Below are positions 1 to 11,223 of a stretch of 64,000 bases of DNA, piece by piece (positions within the stretch are counted from its first letter, which is position 1; each line of letters begins with the position of its first letter). The position numbers were made by a program, and so were the translations under genes. Origin of the DNA: Candidatus Latescibacterota bacterium (lineage in GTDB: Bacteria > Latescibacterota > UBA2968 > UBA8231); contig OZ242318.1 of assembly GCA_965208105.1 (NCBI GenBank), positions 224,001 through 288,000 of the forward strand, in the 5' to 3' direction. A model generated the notes under the pieces. It did not search any database. It was not told the origin of the DNA and worked only from the letters and a program-made list of their open reading frames with translations.

Positions 1-46
1 GGCGGATCCGGTCCTGGTCCGCGCCTATACCTTCCTGGTGCCCTGA
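1..46 (+). CDS. 3' end of an upstream gene (partial, ...ADPVLVRAYTFLVP*)
   Basis: Open frame with GC-rich third positions from the window edge to TGA at 44-46, 15 nt before the next gene; too short to identify. Confidence 0.4.
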   Translation, partial: ADPVLVRAYTFLVP

Positions 47-61
47 CGGAAAGGGAATTCT

Positions 62-1216
62 GTGCCCCGGATCTACTTCGACCACAATGCGACCACGCCC
101 CTGCGCCCCCAGGTGCTGGAGGCCATGATGCCCTACCTGACAGGGGCGGTGGGCAACGCTTCCAGCATTCACGGCTTCGGGCGCGAGGCGCGGGATGCGG
201 TCGAAGCGGCGCGGGATATTCTCGCCCGGTCCCTGGGCTGCAGCTCCGGCGAGGTCTACTTCACCAGCGGCGGAACCGAGGCCGACAACTGGGCCATCGA
301 GGGCATGGCTTGCTCTCGCCGGCGGCCCCGGCGCAGGATCGTCACCTCCGCCGTCGAGCATCACGCCGTTCTGCATACCTGCCGGCATCTGGAGCAGCGC
401 GGGTTCGAGGTGATCTACGTCCCGGTGGACGAATACGGAGTGGTGGACCTGAACGCGGTGGAGTCCGCCCTCGACGACAACACCGCCCTGGTCTCGATCA
501 TGCACGCCAACAACGAGACCGGCACCATCCAGCCGCTGGCCGAGATCGGCCGCCTCGCCCGCGCCAGGGGCGTCCCTCTGCACGTGGACGCGGTGCAGAG
601 CTTCGGCAAGCTGGACTTCCGGGTGGACGATCTAAGCGCCGACCTGGTTTCCGTTTCGGCGCACAAGATCAACGGCCCCAAGGGCACCGGGGCGCTCTAC
701 GTGCGCAGCGGCCTGGAGATCGAACCCTGGTGCCGGGGCGGCGGCCAGGAGAGGGGTCTGCGCACGGGAACCGAGAACGTGGCCGGCATCGTCGGCCTGG
801 GCCGCGCGGTGGAGCTTCGGGCGGCTGAAGGCCGGGACCTGGAGGTGGAGGCCGGAGTGCTGCGGGACCGGCTGCAGCAGGGGCTGCTGCGGAGGGTGGA
901 GGACCTCCATGTGAACGGACATCCGCAACGCCGGCTGGCCAACACCCTGAATCTTTCATTCCAGAGGGTGGAGGCGGAGGCGGTCCTTCTCGATCTGGAT
1001 CTCAAGGGCGTGGCCGCTTCCAGCGGCTCGGCCTGCGCCGAGGGCGAGCCCGAGCCTTCCCATGTGCTGCTGGCCATGGGGTTGGCGCCGAGGACGGCAT
1101 CCGGGTCGGTGCGCTTCAGCCTGGGTTGGGGGAACACGGTGGATGAGGTGGATTACGTCGTCGAGATCGTGCCTGGCATGGTTCAGCGCCTGCGCGAAAT
1201 GTCGGTTTTTTCCTGA
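62..1216 (+). CDS. iscS: Cysteine desulfurase (IscS/NifS type, PLP-dependent)
   Basis: IYFDHNATTP, FTSGGTEADN, HANNETGTIQP, HVDAVQ, SAHKINGPKG (PLP Lys), SSGSAC (catalytic Cys). Confidence 0.93.
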   Translation: MPRIYFDHNATTPLRPQVLEAMMPYLTGAVGNASSIHGFGREARDAVEAARDILARSLGCSSGEVYFTSGGTEADNWAIEGMACSRRRPRRRIVTSAVEHHAVLHTCRHLEQRGFEVIYVPVDEYGVVDLNAVESALDDNTALVSIMHANNETGTIQPLAEIGRLARARGVPLHVDAVQSFGKLDFRVDDLSADLVSVSAHKINGPKGTGALYVRSGLEIEPWCRGGGQERGLRTGTENVAGIVGLGRAVELRAAEGRDLEVEAGVLRDRLQQGLLRRVEDLHVNGHPQRRLANTLNLSFQRVEAEAVLLDLDLKGVAASSGSACAEGEPEPSHVLLAMGLAPRTASGSVRFSLGWGNTVDEVDYVVEIVPGMVQRLREMSVFS

Positions 1217-1227
1217 GGAAAAGGTCC

Positions 1228-2223
1228 ATGCGCATCGAGCCCCCCTATCTTCTGTTTCTGGGCGACGCCCCCGACCGCCTGGCGGTCAAGACCGCCGACG
1301 GGCTCGCCCATTGGCGCCCCCGGTGGTGCCTGGGACAGTTGCGCCTGCCAGAGTGCAAGGTGGATTTGGGTTTGCCGGAAATGACCCTCGAGCAGGGGAG
1401 GGAGGCCGGGGCGAAAACCCTGATCGTCGGGGCGGCAAACCGCGGCGGGGTCATTTCCCCTCCGTGGATTCACACCTTGCTCGGGGCGCTGGATCTGGGT
1501 TTCGACATCGCCAGTGGTCTGCACCAGCGCTTGAGCGCAATTCCCGCTCTCGGCGACAAGGCGGCCGCCCGGGGATCGCAGCTGTTCGACGTGCGCCATC
1601 CATCAGGCGAGTTCCCCATCGCCAACGGCGGCCGGAGGACGGGCAAACGACTGTTGACCGTCGGTACGGACTGCTCCATCGGCAAGATGTTCACCGCCCT
1701 CGCCCTGGAGAGGGAGATGCAGGTCAGGGGCATGAAGGCGGATTTCAGGGCCACCGGACAGACGGGCATATTCATCGCCGGAGAAGGCGTATCCGTGGAT
1801 GCGGTGGTCGCCGATTTCGTCGCCGGAGCGGTCGAGAAGCTCACTCCCGCGGCCGAACCCGATCACTGGGACCTGATAGAGGGCCAGGGTTCCCTGTTCC
1901 ATCCTTCCTATGCCGGCGTTTCCCTTGGGCTCTTGCACGGAGCCCAGGCAGATCGTCTCGTCATGTGCCACGATCTCCAGCGCCGGCACATGCGCGGTCT
2001 GCCGGCCTACCCCCTGCCTCCCCTGCAGGAGTGCATCCGCCGCAACGAAGAGGCGGGCAGGCTGACCAACGAGGATTGCCGGGTGGCCGGGGTTGCGGTG
2101 ATCACCGCGCACCTGGGTACCGGGGAGGCCTCCGAGTTGCTCGAAAATATCGAAGCGGAGACGGGGCTTCCCGCGGTGGACCCCTGCCGCGGCGGTGTGG
2201 GGCGGCTGGTCGATGCCCTCTGA
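1228..2223 (+). CDS. dgcN: DUF1611 family protein / D-glutamate N-acetyltransferase DgcN-like
   Basis: PYLLFLGDA, KTADGLAHWRP, DIASGLH, VGTDCSIGKMFT, ATGQTGIFIAG, IEGQGSLFHPSY; paired with an Ala-Glu epimerase. Confidence 0.85.
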   Translation: MRIEPPYLLFLGDAPDRLAVKTADGLAHWRPRWCLGQLRLPECKVDLGLPEMTLEQGREAGAKTLIVGAANRGGVISPPWIHTLLGALDLGFDIASGLHQRLSAIPALGDKAAARGSQLFDVRHPSGEFPIANGGRRTGKRLLTVGTDCSIGKMFTALALEREMQVRGMKADFRATGQTGIFIAGEGVSVDAVVADFVAGAVEKLTPAAEPDHWDLIEGQGSLFHPSYAGVSLGLLHGAQADRLVMCHDLQRRHMRGLPAYPLPPLQECIRRNEEAGRLTNEDCRVAGVAVITAHLGTGEASELLENIEAETGLPAVDPCRGGVGRLVDAL

Positions 2224-3205
2224 AGCCACACGGCTCAAGGTTGTCCGCGAAAGCTGGCCCCTGTCGCGCACCTTCACCATCTCCCGGGGCAGCAAGACCA
2301 GCGCCGAGGTCGTGGTGGTGGAGCTGTATCGCGCCGGGGTCCGCGGGCGCGGAGAATGCGTTCCCTATTCCCACTACGGCGAGACCCCCGAAACCACGGT
2401 GGCGGAACTGCTGGCGCTGGAACGCGAGGTGGAATCCGGGATCGAGCGCCGGGATTTGCAGGACATCCTGCCGGCCGGCGCCGCGCGCAACGGGCTCGAC
2501 TGCGCTCTCTGGGACCTGGAGGCCAAGACGGGCAATGGGGTGCTGCATCAATGCACCGAACTGGACGTTCTGGATCCCGTGACCACGGCCTACACCCTCA
2601 GCCTCGACACCCCGGAGCGCATGGCCCGGTCCGCCCGCGAAAACAGGCACCGCCCCCTGCTGAAGATGAAGCTGGGAAGCGAGGGCGACCTGGAGAGGGT
2701 GGCCGCGGTGCGTGAGAACGCTCCCGCTGCCCGTCTGATCGTGGACGCCAACGAAGGATGGTCGGAGGAAATGGTCGAACCGCTGTGCGCCGGGCTGGCG
2801 GGATTCGGGGTCGCTTTGATCGAGCAGCCCCTACCGGCGGGCAAGGACGGGATGCTTGCCAGGGTGGACCATCCCGTGCCCCTCTGCGCCGACGAATCCT
2901 GCCACACCGCCGAAGAGGTGGAATCGCTCGCCCCGGCATATGATTTCGTCAACATAAAACTGGACAAGGCAGGGGGCCTGACCGCCGCCTTCGACCTTGC
3001 CCGAAAAGCCCGGGACTGCGGCCTCGGAATCATGGTGGGATGCATGGTGGGCACCTCGCTGGCCATGGCGCCTGCGGTCCTGCTGGCCCAGAAGGCGGAG
3101 TTCGTCGACCTGGACGGTCCCCTCCTGCTGGCGGCGGACCGCGAAGGCGGACTGGTCTTCGAGGGCAGTCTGCTGCATCCGCCTCGACCCGAGCTGTGGG
3201 GCTAG
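2213..3205 (+). CDS. dgcA: L-Ala-D/L-Glu epimerase / N-acetyl-D-Glu racemase (enolase superfamily)
   Basis: FTISRGSK, GRGECVPY, AARNGLDCALWDL, KMK, DANEGW, EQP, ADES, NIKLDKAGG, GCM, DLDG; ATG 2213 overlaps the dgcN end. Confidence 0.85.
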   Translation: MPSEATRLKVVRESWPLSRTFTISRGSKTSAEVVVVELYRAGVRGRGECVPYSHYGETPETTVAELLALEREVESGIERRDLQDILPAGAARNGLDCALWDLEAKTGNGVLHQCTELDVLDPVTTAYTLSLDTPERMARSARENRHRPLLKMKLGSEGDLERVAAVRENAPAARLIVDANEGWSEEMVEPLCAGLAGFGVALIEQPLPAGKDGMLARVDHPVPLCADESCHTAEEVESLAPAYDFVNIKLDKAGGLTAAFDLARKARDCGLGIMVGCMVGTSLAMAPAVLLAQKAEFVDLDGPLLLAADREGGLVFEGSLLHPPRPELWG

Positions 3206-3242
3206 CGCCGCTCGGGACAGCGGAAATTCCTTTGGAGGTCTC

Positions 3243-4415
<1,173 letters not shown>

Positions 4416-4602
4416 TGCTATTGGGCACGGCTGTGGTTCTTTCCGGATGCGGTACACCTCGATTCTTTGCCTTTCACCCGGTGATCTGTTGGTCCCGGTT
4501 CGACGGCAGAAGCTTCTCATCACTGTTCTCCGGTCGCGGCCATTACTTCATCGGCCTGCCTTTCTGAGCAGCGAGGAGAAGATTGACGACCTTGCAGCCA
4601 CC

Positions 4603-5592
4603 GTGAGCAACCTGAGCGGACATCGATTGACGGGGCTGGCCCTTGCCTCGGTCGCCCTGCTGTTGTGGGGCGGCCTCCCGGTGGTCCTCAAGCTCCTGTT
4701 GCAATGGCTGGACCCGTTTACGGTCACCTGGTACCGCCTTCTGGTTGCGGGAGCCATGCTTGTCCCGCTGGTCCACTTCCGCCATGGCCTCGCCTCCCCC
4801 TTCAGGATACGCGGCGCGGCCCTGGCTCTGGCGCTGGTGTGCGTCCTCGTCCTCGGCGGCAACTATCTGACCTATCAGATGGGGTTGAGCCGCATTTCCC
4901 CCGCTTCCGCCCAGATCGTGATGCAGCTGACCCCGGTTATCGTGCTGATGGGCGGGCTCATCCTCTTCAATGAATTCTTCAGCCGCCTGCAGTGGATCGG
5001 CCTGGCGGTGCTGATCCTGGGACTGGGGCTCTTCTTCAACCAGCGCTTCGCCGAGCTGGTCTCGGCGGCGGGAAACTATGGCCGGGGCGTCTGGCTCGTG
5101 GTTGCTTCGGCGGTTCTATGGGGTATCTTCATGCTGGCGCAGAAGCGACTTCTCCGGCATCTCCCGTCCACTTCCATTCTGGCATTGGTCTATTGGTCCG
5201 GCATGATCCTCTTTCTGCCCCTGGCCCGGCCAAAGGACATTCTGGAGCTTGCGCCGATTCCTTTGTCGCTGCTGGCGTTCTCGGCGGTGTTCACCCTGGT
5301 CTCCTACCTCAGCTTCGCTGAAGCCCTCAAAAGGCTGGAGGCATCGCGCATTGGCGCCCTTGTTTCTCTGACACCCCTCATCACCATGGCCGTGATGGGC
5401 CTGCTCGGCCTTTTCGACCCCGACCTTGTGCCCATGGAACCCCTCAACCAACCGGCGATGGCCGGCGCCCTGATTGTGGTAGCCGGATCCACCTGCTGCA
5501 ACCTGGGAAGAATCCCCCGCGGACTCTCCGGGGACGCAGGTAAGAAAAGGCGGTTCGCGGCAAAGGTCAGTCACCGCGTGGAACAGAAATGA
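4603..5592 (+). CDS. EamA/DMT family transporter
   Basis: About 10 hydrophobic segments, LLWGGLP, TVTWYRL, two EamA-like halves; start codon uncertain. Confidence 0.8.
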   Translation: MSNLSGHRLTGLALASVALLLWGGLPVVLKLLLQWLDPFTVTWYRLLVAGAMLVPLVHFRHGLASPFRIRGAALALALVCVLVLGGNYLTYQMGLSRISPASAQIVMQLTPVIVLMGGLILFNEFFSRLQWIGLAVLILGLGLFFNQRFAELVSAAGNYGRGVWLVVASAVLWGIFMLAQKRLLRHLPSTSILALVYWSGMILFLPLARPKDILELAPIPLSLLAFSAVFTLVSYLSFAEALKRLEASRIGALVSLTPLITMAVMGLLGLFDPDLVPMEPLNQPAMAGALIVVAGSTCCNLGRIPRGLSGDAGKKRRFAAKVSHRVEQK

Positions 5593-6347
5593 TCCGTTCA
5601 GAGTACGAGTTTTTTCGCCTCCATGGCTACCTTCGCCTGGGCCAGATATTTTCCGACAGGGAGGCCGCCCGCCTGCGCCGGGGCTTCGATCAGGACCGCG
5701 AGGTATGGGGCCGTCCCTTCTGGCGCCCCCTGGAGGACGCCTACCAGACGGTCAACTGCGATCCGCTGATCACCTGGCCCTCCGTCGAGGAGATCATCCG
5801 CCACCCGCAGATTCTCGATCGGGTGGAGGCCCTTCTGGGCGGGCCCATCTGCCTCTCCGAAGCCTGCCTGCGCCACATGGCCCCCTACGAGGGCGAGGGC
5901 TGGCGCAGCTGGCACCGCGACAGTCCGCACTGGCGTCAGCACCCCCTGCGCACCCAGTACATCCACGTTCTGGTCTACCTGGCCGACGTCGACGAGACCA
6001 CCCACTGCTTCTCCCTCTCGCCCGAAGCAGCCGACGCGCCCATCCTGGAGAAGGAGGAACAGCTCGCCCGCGGCGGCGTCGAGGACCTTCACGGCCCCGC
6101 CGGCACCGTAGTGCTGTTCAATCTCTCGGTGCTGCACACGGCGACCATTCGTCCGACCAGGGAGGAGCGCAAGACAGTGCAGATCTACTACGGCCGCCGC
6201 GACCAGCCCCATTTGAGCAACTACACGACATTGCCGGCCAGGCTCTGGCGCGACCATCCCGACCCGGAGGTCCGCGCCTTCTACTCCGTACTCAATCCCA
6301 AGTCGCGGGCATTTGCAGCGGCCTTCGGGGCATTGGCGCCCGAGTGA
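5589..6347 (+). CDS. Phytanoyl-CoA dioxygenase (PhyH) family Fe(II)/2OG oxygenase
   Basis: FFRLHGYL N-terminus, WHRD (HxD), GPAGTVVLFN..LHTA, distal Arg; ATGA overlap with the upstream gene. Confidence 0.8.
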   Translation: MIRSEYEFFRLHGYLRLGQIFSDREAARLRRGFDQDREVWGRPFWRPLEDAYQTVNCDPLITWPSVEEIIRHPQILDRVEALLGGPICLSEACLRHMAPYEGEGWRSWHRDSPHWRQHPLRTQYIHVLVYLADVDETTHCFSLSPEAADAPILEKEEQLARGGVEDLHGPAGTVVLFNLSVLHTATIRPTREERKTVQIYYGRRDQPHLSNYTTLPARLWRDHPDPEVRAFYSVLNPKSRAFAAAFGALAPE

Positions 6348-6501
6348 TAGGTGAGTGTCACATTGCCACCGGCAGGGAAGTGCGGATTACCGGGCAGATC
6401 CGTTCCTTCCTCGCGATCCGTCTTTGTAGATTTCCCGCCCGGCAGCATATTATCCAAGGCGGCTGGTGGACAATTTCACGAGGATGAAGGAGGCCTGATC
6501 C

Positions 6502-7266
6502 ATGGCCGGGGTACTCTTTTCCGCCCGCGACGGCGTCGGCCTGCTGGAGCTCGATCGCCCGGCGGTGCTCAACGCCCTGAACCGTCCCATGTACGAGTCG
6601 CTGCAGGCGCGCCTGGTCGCCGCGGCGGGGGATGGAGAGGTGCGCGTTCTGATCGTCGCCGGAAGGGGGCGCTCCTTCTGCGCCGGCACCGACCTCGGCG
6701 AGCTGGCGGGCGCCGGCCGCGAGAGCACCCGCGCCCTGGGGCTGCTCGAAAACCGGGTGTGCAGCCGGCTGGAGGACTTTCCAAGGCCCACCATCGCGGC
6801 CATCCACGGCCACGCTCTCGGCGCCGGCTGCGAGCTCGCCCTTGCCTGCGACCTGCGGCTGGCCGCTGACGACGCCGTGCTGGGACAGCCCGAGATCGAC
6901 ATGGGCTGGCTGCCGGCGGCTGGGGCCACCTTTCGCCTGCCCGCGCTGTTGGGACCGGCGCGGGCGCGGCAGCTGATCTTTACGGGACGCCGCGTCAGCG
7001 CCGTCGAGGCCCTGGACATGGGCCTGGTCGACCGGGTGGTACCCGCCGCCAGGCTGGTATCGGAGGCAGGGCGGCTTGCCCGGGACCTGAGCTCCAAGGA
7101 CGCGGAGGTGCTTCTGCGCGCCAGGGAAGTGCTGAAGCCGCCGGCCCGCGCCGAGGCGATGAGGCGTGAAGCGGAGGACCTGGCCGCCCTGGCCACCCGT
7201 CCGGCGGCGCAGCGCCGCATCGCCGAATTTCTGCGGGGCAAGGCGGGTCCCGCCCAGGATCCTTGA
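6502..7266 (+). CDS. Enoyl-CoA hydratase/isomerase family protein
   Basis: LDRPAVLNALN, FCAGTDL, AAIHGHALGAGCELALACD, GQPEIDMG; AAGGAGG RBS. Confidence 0.9.
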   Translation: MAGVLFSARDGVGLLELDRPAVLNALNRPMYESLQARLVAAAGDGEVRVLIVAGRGRSFCAGTDLGELAGAGRESTRALGLLENRVCSRLEDFPRPTIAAIHGHALGAGCELALACDLRLAADDAVLGQPEIDMGWLPAAGATFRLPALLGPARARQLIFTGRRVSAVEALDMGLVDRVVPAARLVSEAGRLARDLSSKDAEVLLRAREVLKPPARAEAMRREAEDLAALATRPAAQRRIAEFLRGKAGPAQDP

Positions 7267-7273
7267 GCCAACC

Positions 7274-9448
7274 TCAGCCAGGCAATTCCACCTCAATCAC
7301 CTCGTGCAGCTCCACCCTGGGAACCACCACCGCTGGCGGATCTCCCTTCACCTCCAGGGGCAGGTTCTGCAGCGGCAGGCTGGCCGATTCGACCTTCAGG
7401 TCGTTGAACTGCACCCGGACGTCGCGCACCGGCTCGAGCTCCTGGAGGTAGAAGAAGGTGGTCACCTGCGGTTCCGCGCCGGGCTGCGGCGGCAGCATGG
7501 GGGTGGGATTGTTGAGGAGATGGATCAGCAGCCGGTGGTCGCCGCGCCGCACGGCCGCCACTTCAATGGCCTGGGGCGCTTCGACTTCGATGGGAGGCGG
7601 GGTCCGGCGCAGCAGGTGGTCGATGAAGCGCCGCAGCGGCGGGTAGGGGTTTTCCAGGAAGCCGCGGCCCACGTCGCTGCTCAGGTAGATTGCCCGGCCC
7701 CTGCCGTAGTGGTTGAGGGTTGCCGCGGGCTCTCCGGAGTCGTACTCCAGGCGCGGGTCGAAATGGTCCAGGGGAGCCCCGCCTCCCAGGCTGCTGCGGG
7801 TGCACAGCGCCCGGACCCGGGCGCCGGGCCGGAGGCCGACCTCCGCCTGGCATCCCGGAAAGCAGATGAGGTGGCCGAAGCGGCGCGCCAGATCCTCGTC
7901 CCGCGGAACGTAGACCACCCCCTCGAGGCCGCCGCTGCCGCCGGGTCCGCGGTAGTCCACCCCCAGCACCTCGGCCAGGGCGAAGTTGTCGCGCCGGTCC
8001 CCGAATTCGTCCAGGAGCGAGGTCTGGTGGGTGGCCACCAGAGTGCCGCCGGTTTCGACGAAGCGGCGCACCGCGTCGCACTGTGCCGCGGACAGGCAGC
8101 TGTCGGCCAGGAAGAGGACGCGGTAGCCGGAAAGGTGCTCCACCGTGAGCTGGTCGTCCAACACCACGTCCACCAGCAGGTGCGAGCGGTTGAGGATCTC
8201 GTAGGTGCCGTTGACGTTGCCCTGGGAGATGGCGGCGTAGTCCTCTTCGCCCATGTTCTTGGCCATTTCCGAGGGACGGAAGTCGCGGCTCTGCTGCGAG
8301 TAGTGCAGGGCAGCGTACTTGAGGGTCTCGCCCTCCATGTAGGGGACGCGCTTCTTGAGCTCGGAGAAAACCGTCTTCATGGTGTCCCGGTGCAGCTCCA
8401 CCGGGCCGCCGAACGAGCCGTAGATGGAGCTGCCTCCGTTGATGAGGGCCTCGAGGCCGTGGAGCAGGGGAGAGTAGGGCTCCTGGTAGGGAGCGTAGCT
8501 CGAGGTGCACTGGGGCAGTTCCTGGATCTGGTTGCGCCAGACGCAGAATGGAGGTCCCAGGGCGCGGGCGACCCTGGAGATGAAGCCGGTCTCGCGCACG
8601 GTGCGGTGGGCTTCGATGAAGAAGTGGTCGCCGGCGGCCCCGAAGGGCAGGGGGTTGAGCTGATGGCCGTCGGCCCAGTCGGTTGTGGGGCGGGCGTAGT
8701 AGTGATGGTCGAGAATGACGTGGGGGTATTTCTCCCGCACCCGGCGCCCCAGGTGGAGGATGAAGTCGACGAACTTGCGGTAGCGCCAGTTGACGAACAG
8801 GCGGAAGTCCGGGTCGGCGAAATCCACCTTGCGCGGAATGGGCCGGCCGCAGTCTTTGCGGAAGAGTTCCTCGCAGTATCTGCAGATGCACGAAGGGTAG
8901 AAGGGACGGCCGGCGTGGGAGCCCCAGTTGGTATCGTCGAAGTAGAACCCGTCCAGGTCCAGGTTGTCCATCCACTCGATGAGGTAGTCGGGGAGCCAGT
9001 CCCGGTGCGGCGAGTTGAAGCAGAACCAGCCCTGGTTCTCGGGCGGCGGACGGCCGAAGTCGATGAACTCCATGAGCCACTCCGGGTGGAGGGCCTTGAG
9101 CGGCTTGTTGAAGATCATGGCGTAGTAGCAGAGGACGACGATGTCCTTCTCGTGGGCCAGCTCCAGGAAGCGCGGAAGGCGCTCCTGGTCCACGTGGGGA
9201 TGGGCGGGGAGCATCCTGGAGGGGAAGCGGGCGTAGCCTCTGTCCACCTCGGTGACGATCTGCACCTCCACCCCCACGTCCGCGATGAACTCCGCGTACT
9301 CTTCGACGGACGGCCCGCTGAAGCTGGGGTCCGGCGACAGGCAGGAGGGGTACTGCTCGACCCGGCAAACCCGTTTCTCGTAGGGCAGCTTCTGCAGGCG
9401 CCGGGAGGTGGAGCCCACCCGCTTCAACTCGACCGATTCACTGCTCAT
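7274..9448 (-). CDS. Putative glycoside hydrolase (TIM barrel + beta-galactosidase trimerisation-like domain)
   Basis: HPEW, CFNSP, DGFYFD, CxCxxC, class-I-GATase-like C-terminal part (YRVLFL...RFVETGGTLVAT); ATG 9448 with AAGGAG RBS inside the upstream gene. Confidence 0.65.
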   Translation of the reverse strand: MSSESVELKRVGSTSRRLQKLPYEKRVCRVEQYPSCLSPDPSFSGPSVEEYAEFIADVGVEVQIVTEVDRGYARFPSRMLPAHPHVDQERLPRFLELAHEKDIVVLCYYAMIFNKPLKALHPEWLMEFIDFGRPPPENQGWFCFNSPHRDWLPDYLIEWMDNLDLDGFYFDDTNWGSHAGRPFYPSCICRYCEELFRKDCGRPIPRKVDFADPDFRLFVNWRYRKFVDFILHLGRRVREKYPHVILDHHYYARPTTDWADGHQLNPLPFGAAGDHFFIEAHRTVRETGFISRVARALGPPFCVWRNQIQELPQCTSSYAPYQEPYSPLLHGLEALINGGSSIYGSFGGPVELHRDTMKTVFSELKKRVPYMEGETLKYAALHYSQQSRDFRPSEMAKNMGEEDYAAISQGNVNGTYEILNRSHLLVDVVLDDQLTVEHLSGYRVLFLADSCLSAAQCDAVRRFVETGGTLVATHQTSLLDEFGDRRDNFALAEVLGVDYRGPGGSGGLEGVVYVPRDEDLARRFGHLICFPGCQAEVGLRPGARVRALCTRSSLGGGAPLDHFDPRLEYDSGEPAATLNHYGRGRAIYLSSDVGRGFLENPYPPLRRFIDHLLRRTPPPIEVEAPQAIEVAAVRRGDHRLLIHLLNNPTPMLPPQPGAEPQVTTFFYLQELEPVRDVRVQFNDLKVESASLPLQNLPLEVKGDPPAVVVPRVELHEVIEVELPG

Positions 9449-11018
9449 TGCCTTCTCCTTTCGAGGGTGCCTCCCCGGCCGGGTTGCCCGGGCGTCCGCG
9501 CCGCAGAACGCGCTTGAGCACCTTTCCCGAGGGATTGCGCGGGATCTCGCCCACGAAGCCGATGGCCCGCGGCCGCTTGAAGCTGGAGAGCCGATCGCGG
9601 CAGAACGCCAGGAGTTCCTCGGCGCTTGCCCGGCTTCCTTCCCTGAGCGCGACCACGGCCTCCACCGTCTCGCCCCATTCCGGGTGGGGGACCCCGATGA
9701 CGGCGCATTCGAAAACGGCAGGATGGGTGTAGAGCACCTCTTCAACCTCGCGGGGAAAGACGTTGAAGCCTCCGCTGATGATCATGTCCTTCTTGCGGTC
9801 TCCGAGAAAGACGAACCCTTCTTCGTCCCTGTAGCCCAGGTCGCCGCTGTGGAACCAGCCGCCGCGCATGGCCTCGGCGGTGAGCTCGGGCATCTCCCAG
9901 TAGCCGCGCATGACCGTGGCGCCGCGGATCGCCACTTCGCCCATCTCCCCCTCATCTACCTCCTCTCCGGCTTCGTCGACGATGCGTACCTCGACCCCTT
10001 CGACGGGCCGCCCGCAGGAGCGCAGGCGCCCGGCCCCGGGGCCGCGCAGGACGTGCTCCTCGGGGCGCAGGCAGGTGGCCATGGCGCAGGTCTCGGTGAG
10101 CCCGTACATCTGCGCCAGCACCGGTCCCAGGACCTCGATGGCGCGGCGCAGGCAGGCGAGGGGCATGGGCGCCGAGCCGTAGCCCAGGATCTCCAGGCTG
10201 CCGGTGTCGTATTGTCCCAGGTCCTCGGACGCCAGCAGGCGCACCAGCAGGGTGGGCACCACCTGCGCGTGGGTGATGCGCTCGCCTTCCACCGCCTGCA
10301 GGAAGGCGCGCGGGGTGAAACGCGGCAGAACGACGACGGTGCCGCCCCGGGACAGGCAGGGAAAGGCGATGCCGTTCAGGGCCGCTCCAACGAAGTAGGG
10401 CAGCACGACGAGACCCCGGCTGCGGGGAGCGATGCGGTAGTCGCGCACCATGTGGCGGGCGTGGGCGGTGATGTTGGCGTGGGTCAGCATCACCCCCTTG
10501 GGCAGGCCGGTGGTGCCGCTGGTGTACATGAGCCCGAAGAGGTCCTCCGGGCCCACTCCGGGACCGGGTCCGGGCACCTCCGCACCCTGCCGCAGCAAGC
10601 TGGCGTAGGAGGCGGTGGCCCCCTCCACCTCTCCCACCCCGACGAGGTGCTCGACGCAATCCAGTTGTGCCAGGACAGGACGCAGGACAGGGTGGAGATC
10701 GGGTTCGGTGACCACGGCGCGCACTCCGGCGTGGGCGATAATGGCGGCCAGCTCCCGCGAGTTGAGCATGTAGTTGAGGGGGACGAAGACCAGCCCGGCG
10801 CGCCCAAGGGCGAGCACGAGCTCCATGGCCACCTGGGAGTTGTGCAGGAGAAGGCCGACGCGGTCGCCCGGGGCCAGGCCCAGAAGGCGCAGTCCGGCGC
10901 CAAGGCGGTCCGCCACGTCGAGGAGGCCGGCGTAGGTCAGGCGCGCGTCGCCGCAGACCAGCGCTTCGGCAGCGGGCGAGCGTTGCGCGCTCCGCTCCAG
11001 CAGGTCTCCGACCGTCAC
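9438..11018 (-). CDS. Long-chain acyl-CoA ligase (AMP-binding enzyme)
   Basis: YTSGTTGLPKG, YGLTE, HSGDLG, DRKKDMIISGG, PRNPSGKV; start GTG 11018 or ATG 11039. Confidence 0.92.
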   Translation of the reverse strand: MTVGDLLERSAQRSPAAEALVCGDARLTYAGLLDVADRLGAGLRLLGLAPGDRVGLLLHNSQVAMELVLALGRAGLVFVPLNYMLNSRELAAIIAHAGVRAVVTEPDLHPVLRPVLAQLDCVEHLVGVGEVEGATASYASLLRQGAEVPGPGPGVGPEDLFGLMYTSGTTGLPKGVMLTHANITAHARHMVRDYRIAPRSRGLVVLPYFVGAALNGIAFPCLSRGGTVVVLPRFTPRAFLQAVEGERITHAQVVPTLLVRLLASEDLGQYDTGSLEILGYGSAPMPLACLRRAIEVLGPVLAQMYGLTETCAMATCLRPEEHVLRGPGAGRLRSCGRPVEGVEVRIVDEAGEEVDEGEMGEVAIRGATVMRGYWEMPELTAEAMRGGWFHSGDLGYRDEEGFVFLGDRKKDMIISGGFNVFPREVEEVLYTHPAVFECAVIGVPHPEWGETVEAVVALREGSRASAEELLAFCRDRLSSFKRPRAIGFVGEIPRNPSGKVLKRVLRRGRPGNPAGEAPSKGEGNEQ

Positions 11019-11055
11019 CGCCTGGCCACCCTGGTGCATGCGCGCGGGCGCAGCA

Positions 11056-11223
11056 CTCGCAGCCCGTTGAAAAAGTCCATCCGGGCGGCGGCCGGCCCTG
11101 GCGTTCGAATACGGCGTTGCGCTCCCTCCCCGAATTCACTCGATTCGCCTCGGTCGCACGCCTTGCCTTCGACCGCCATGCCTCGGCCTCGCCTGCAGAG
11201 CAACTTTATCAACGGGCTGCTAG
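11056..11223. repeat. ~165-bp palindromic element, copy A (MITE-like/structured RNA)
   Basis: TIRs GCAGCCCGTTGAAAAAGT (11059-11076) and ACTTTATCAACGGGCTGC (11203-11220), 17/18 complementary; right flank CTAG supplies the stop codon of the adjacent gene; core GGCGTTGC...CGCCTTG. Confidence 0.85.

Noticed and set aside
6360-6420. GCCACCGGCAGGGAAG resembling part of a cobalamin riboswitch
   Set aside because: The other conserved elements (CCCGCAACTGT-type motif, correct order of helices) are absent
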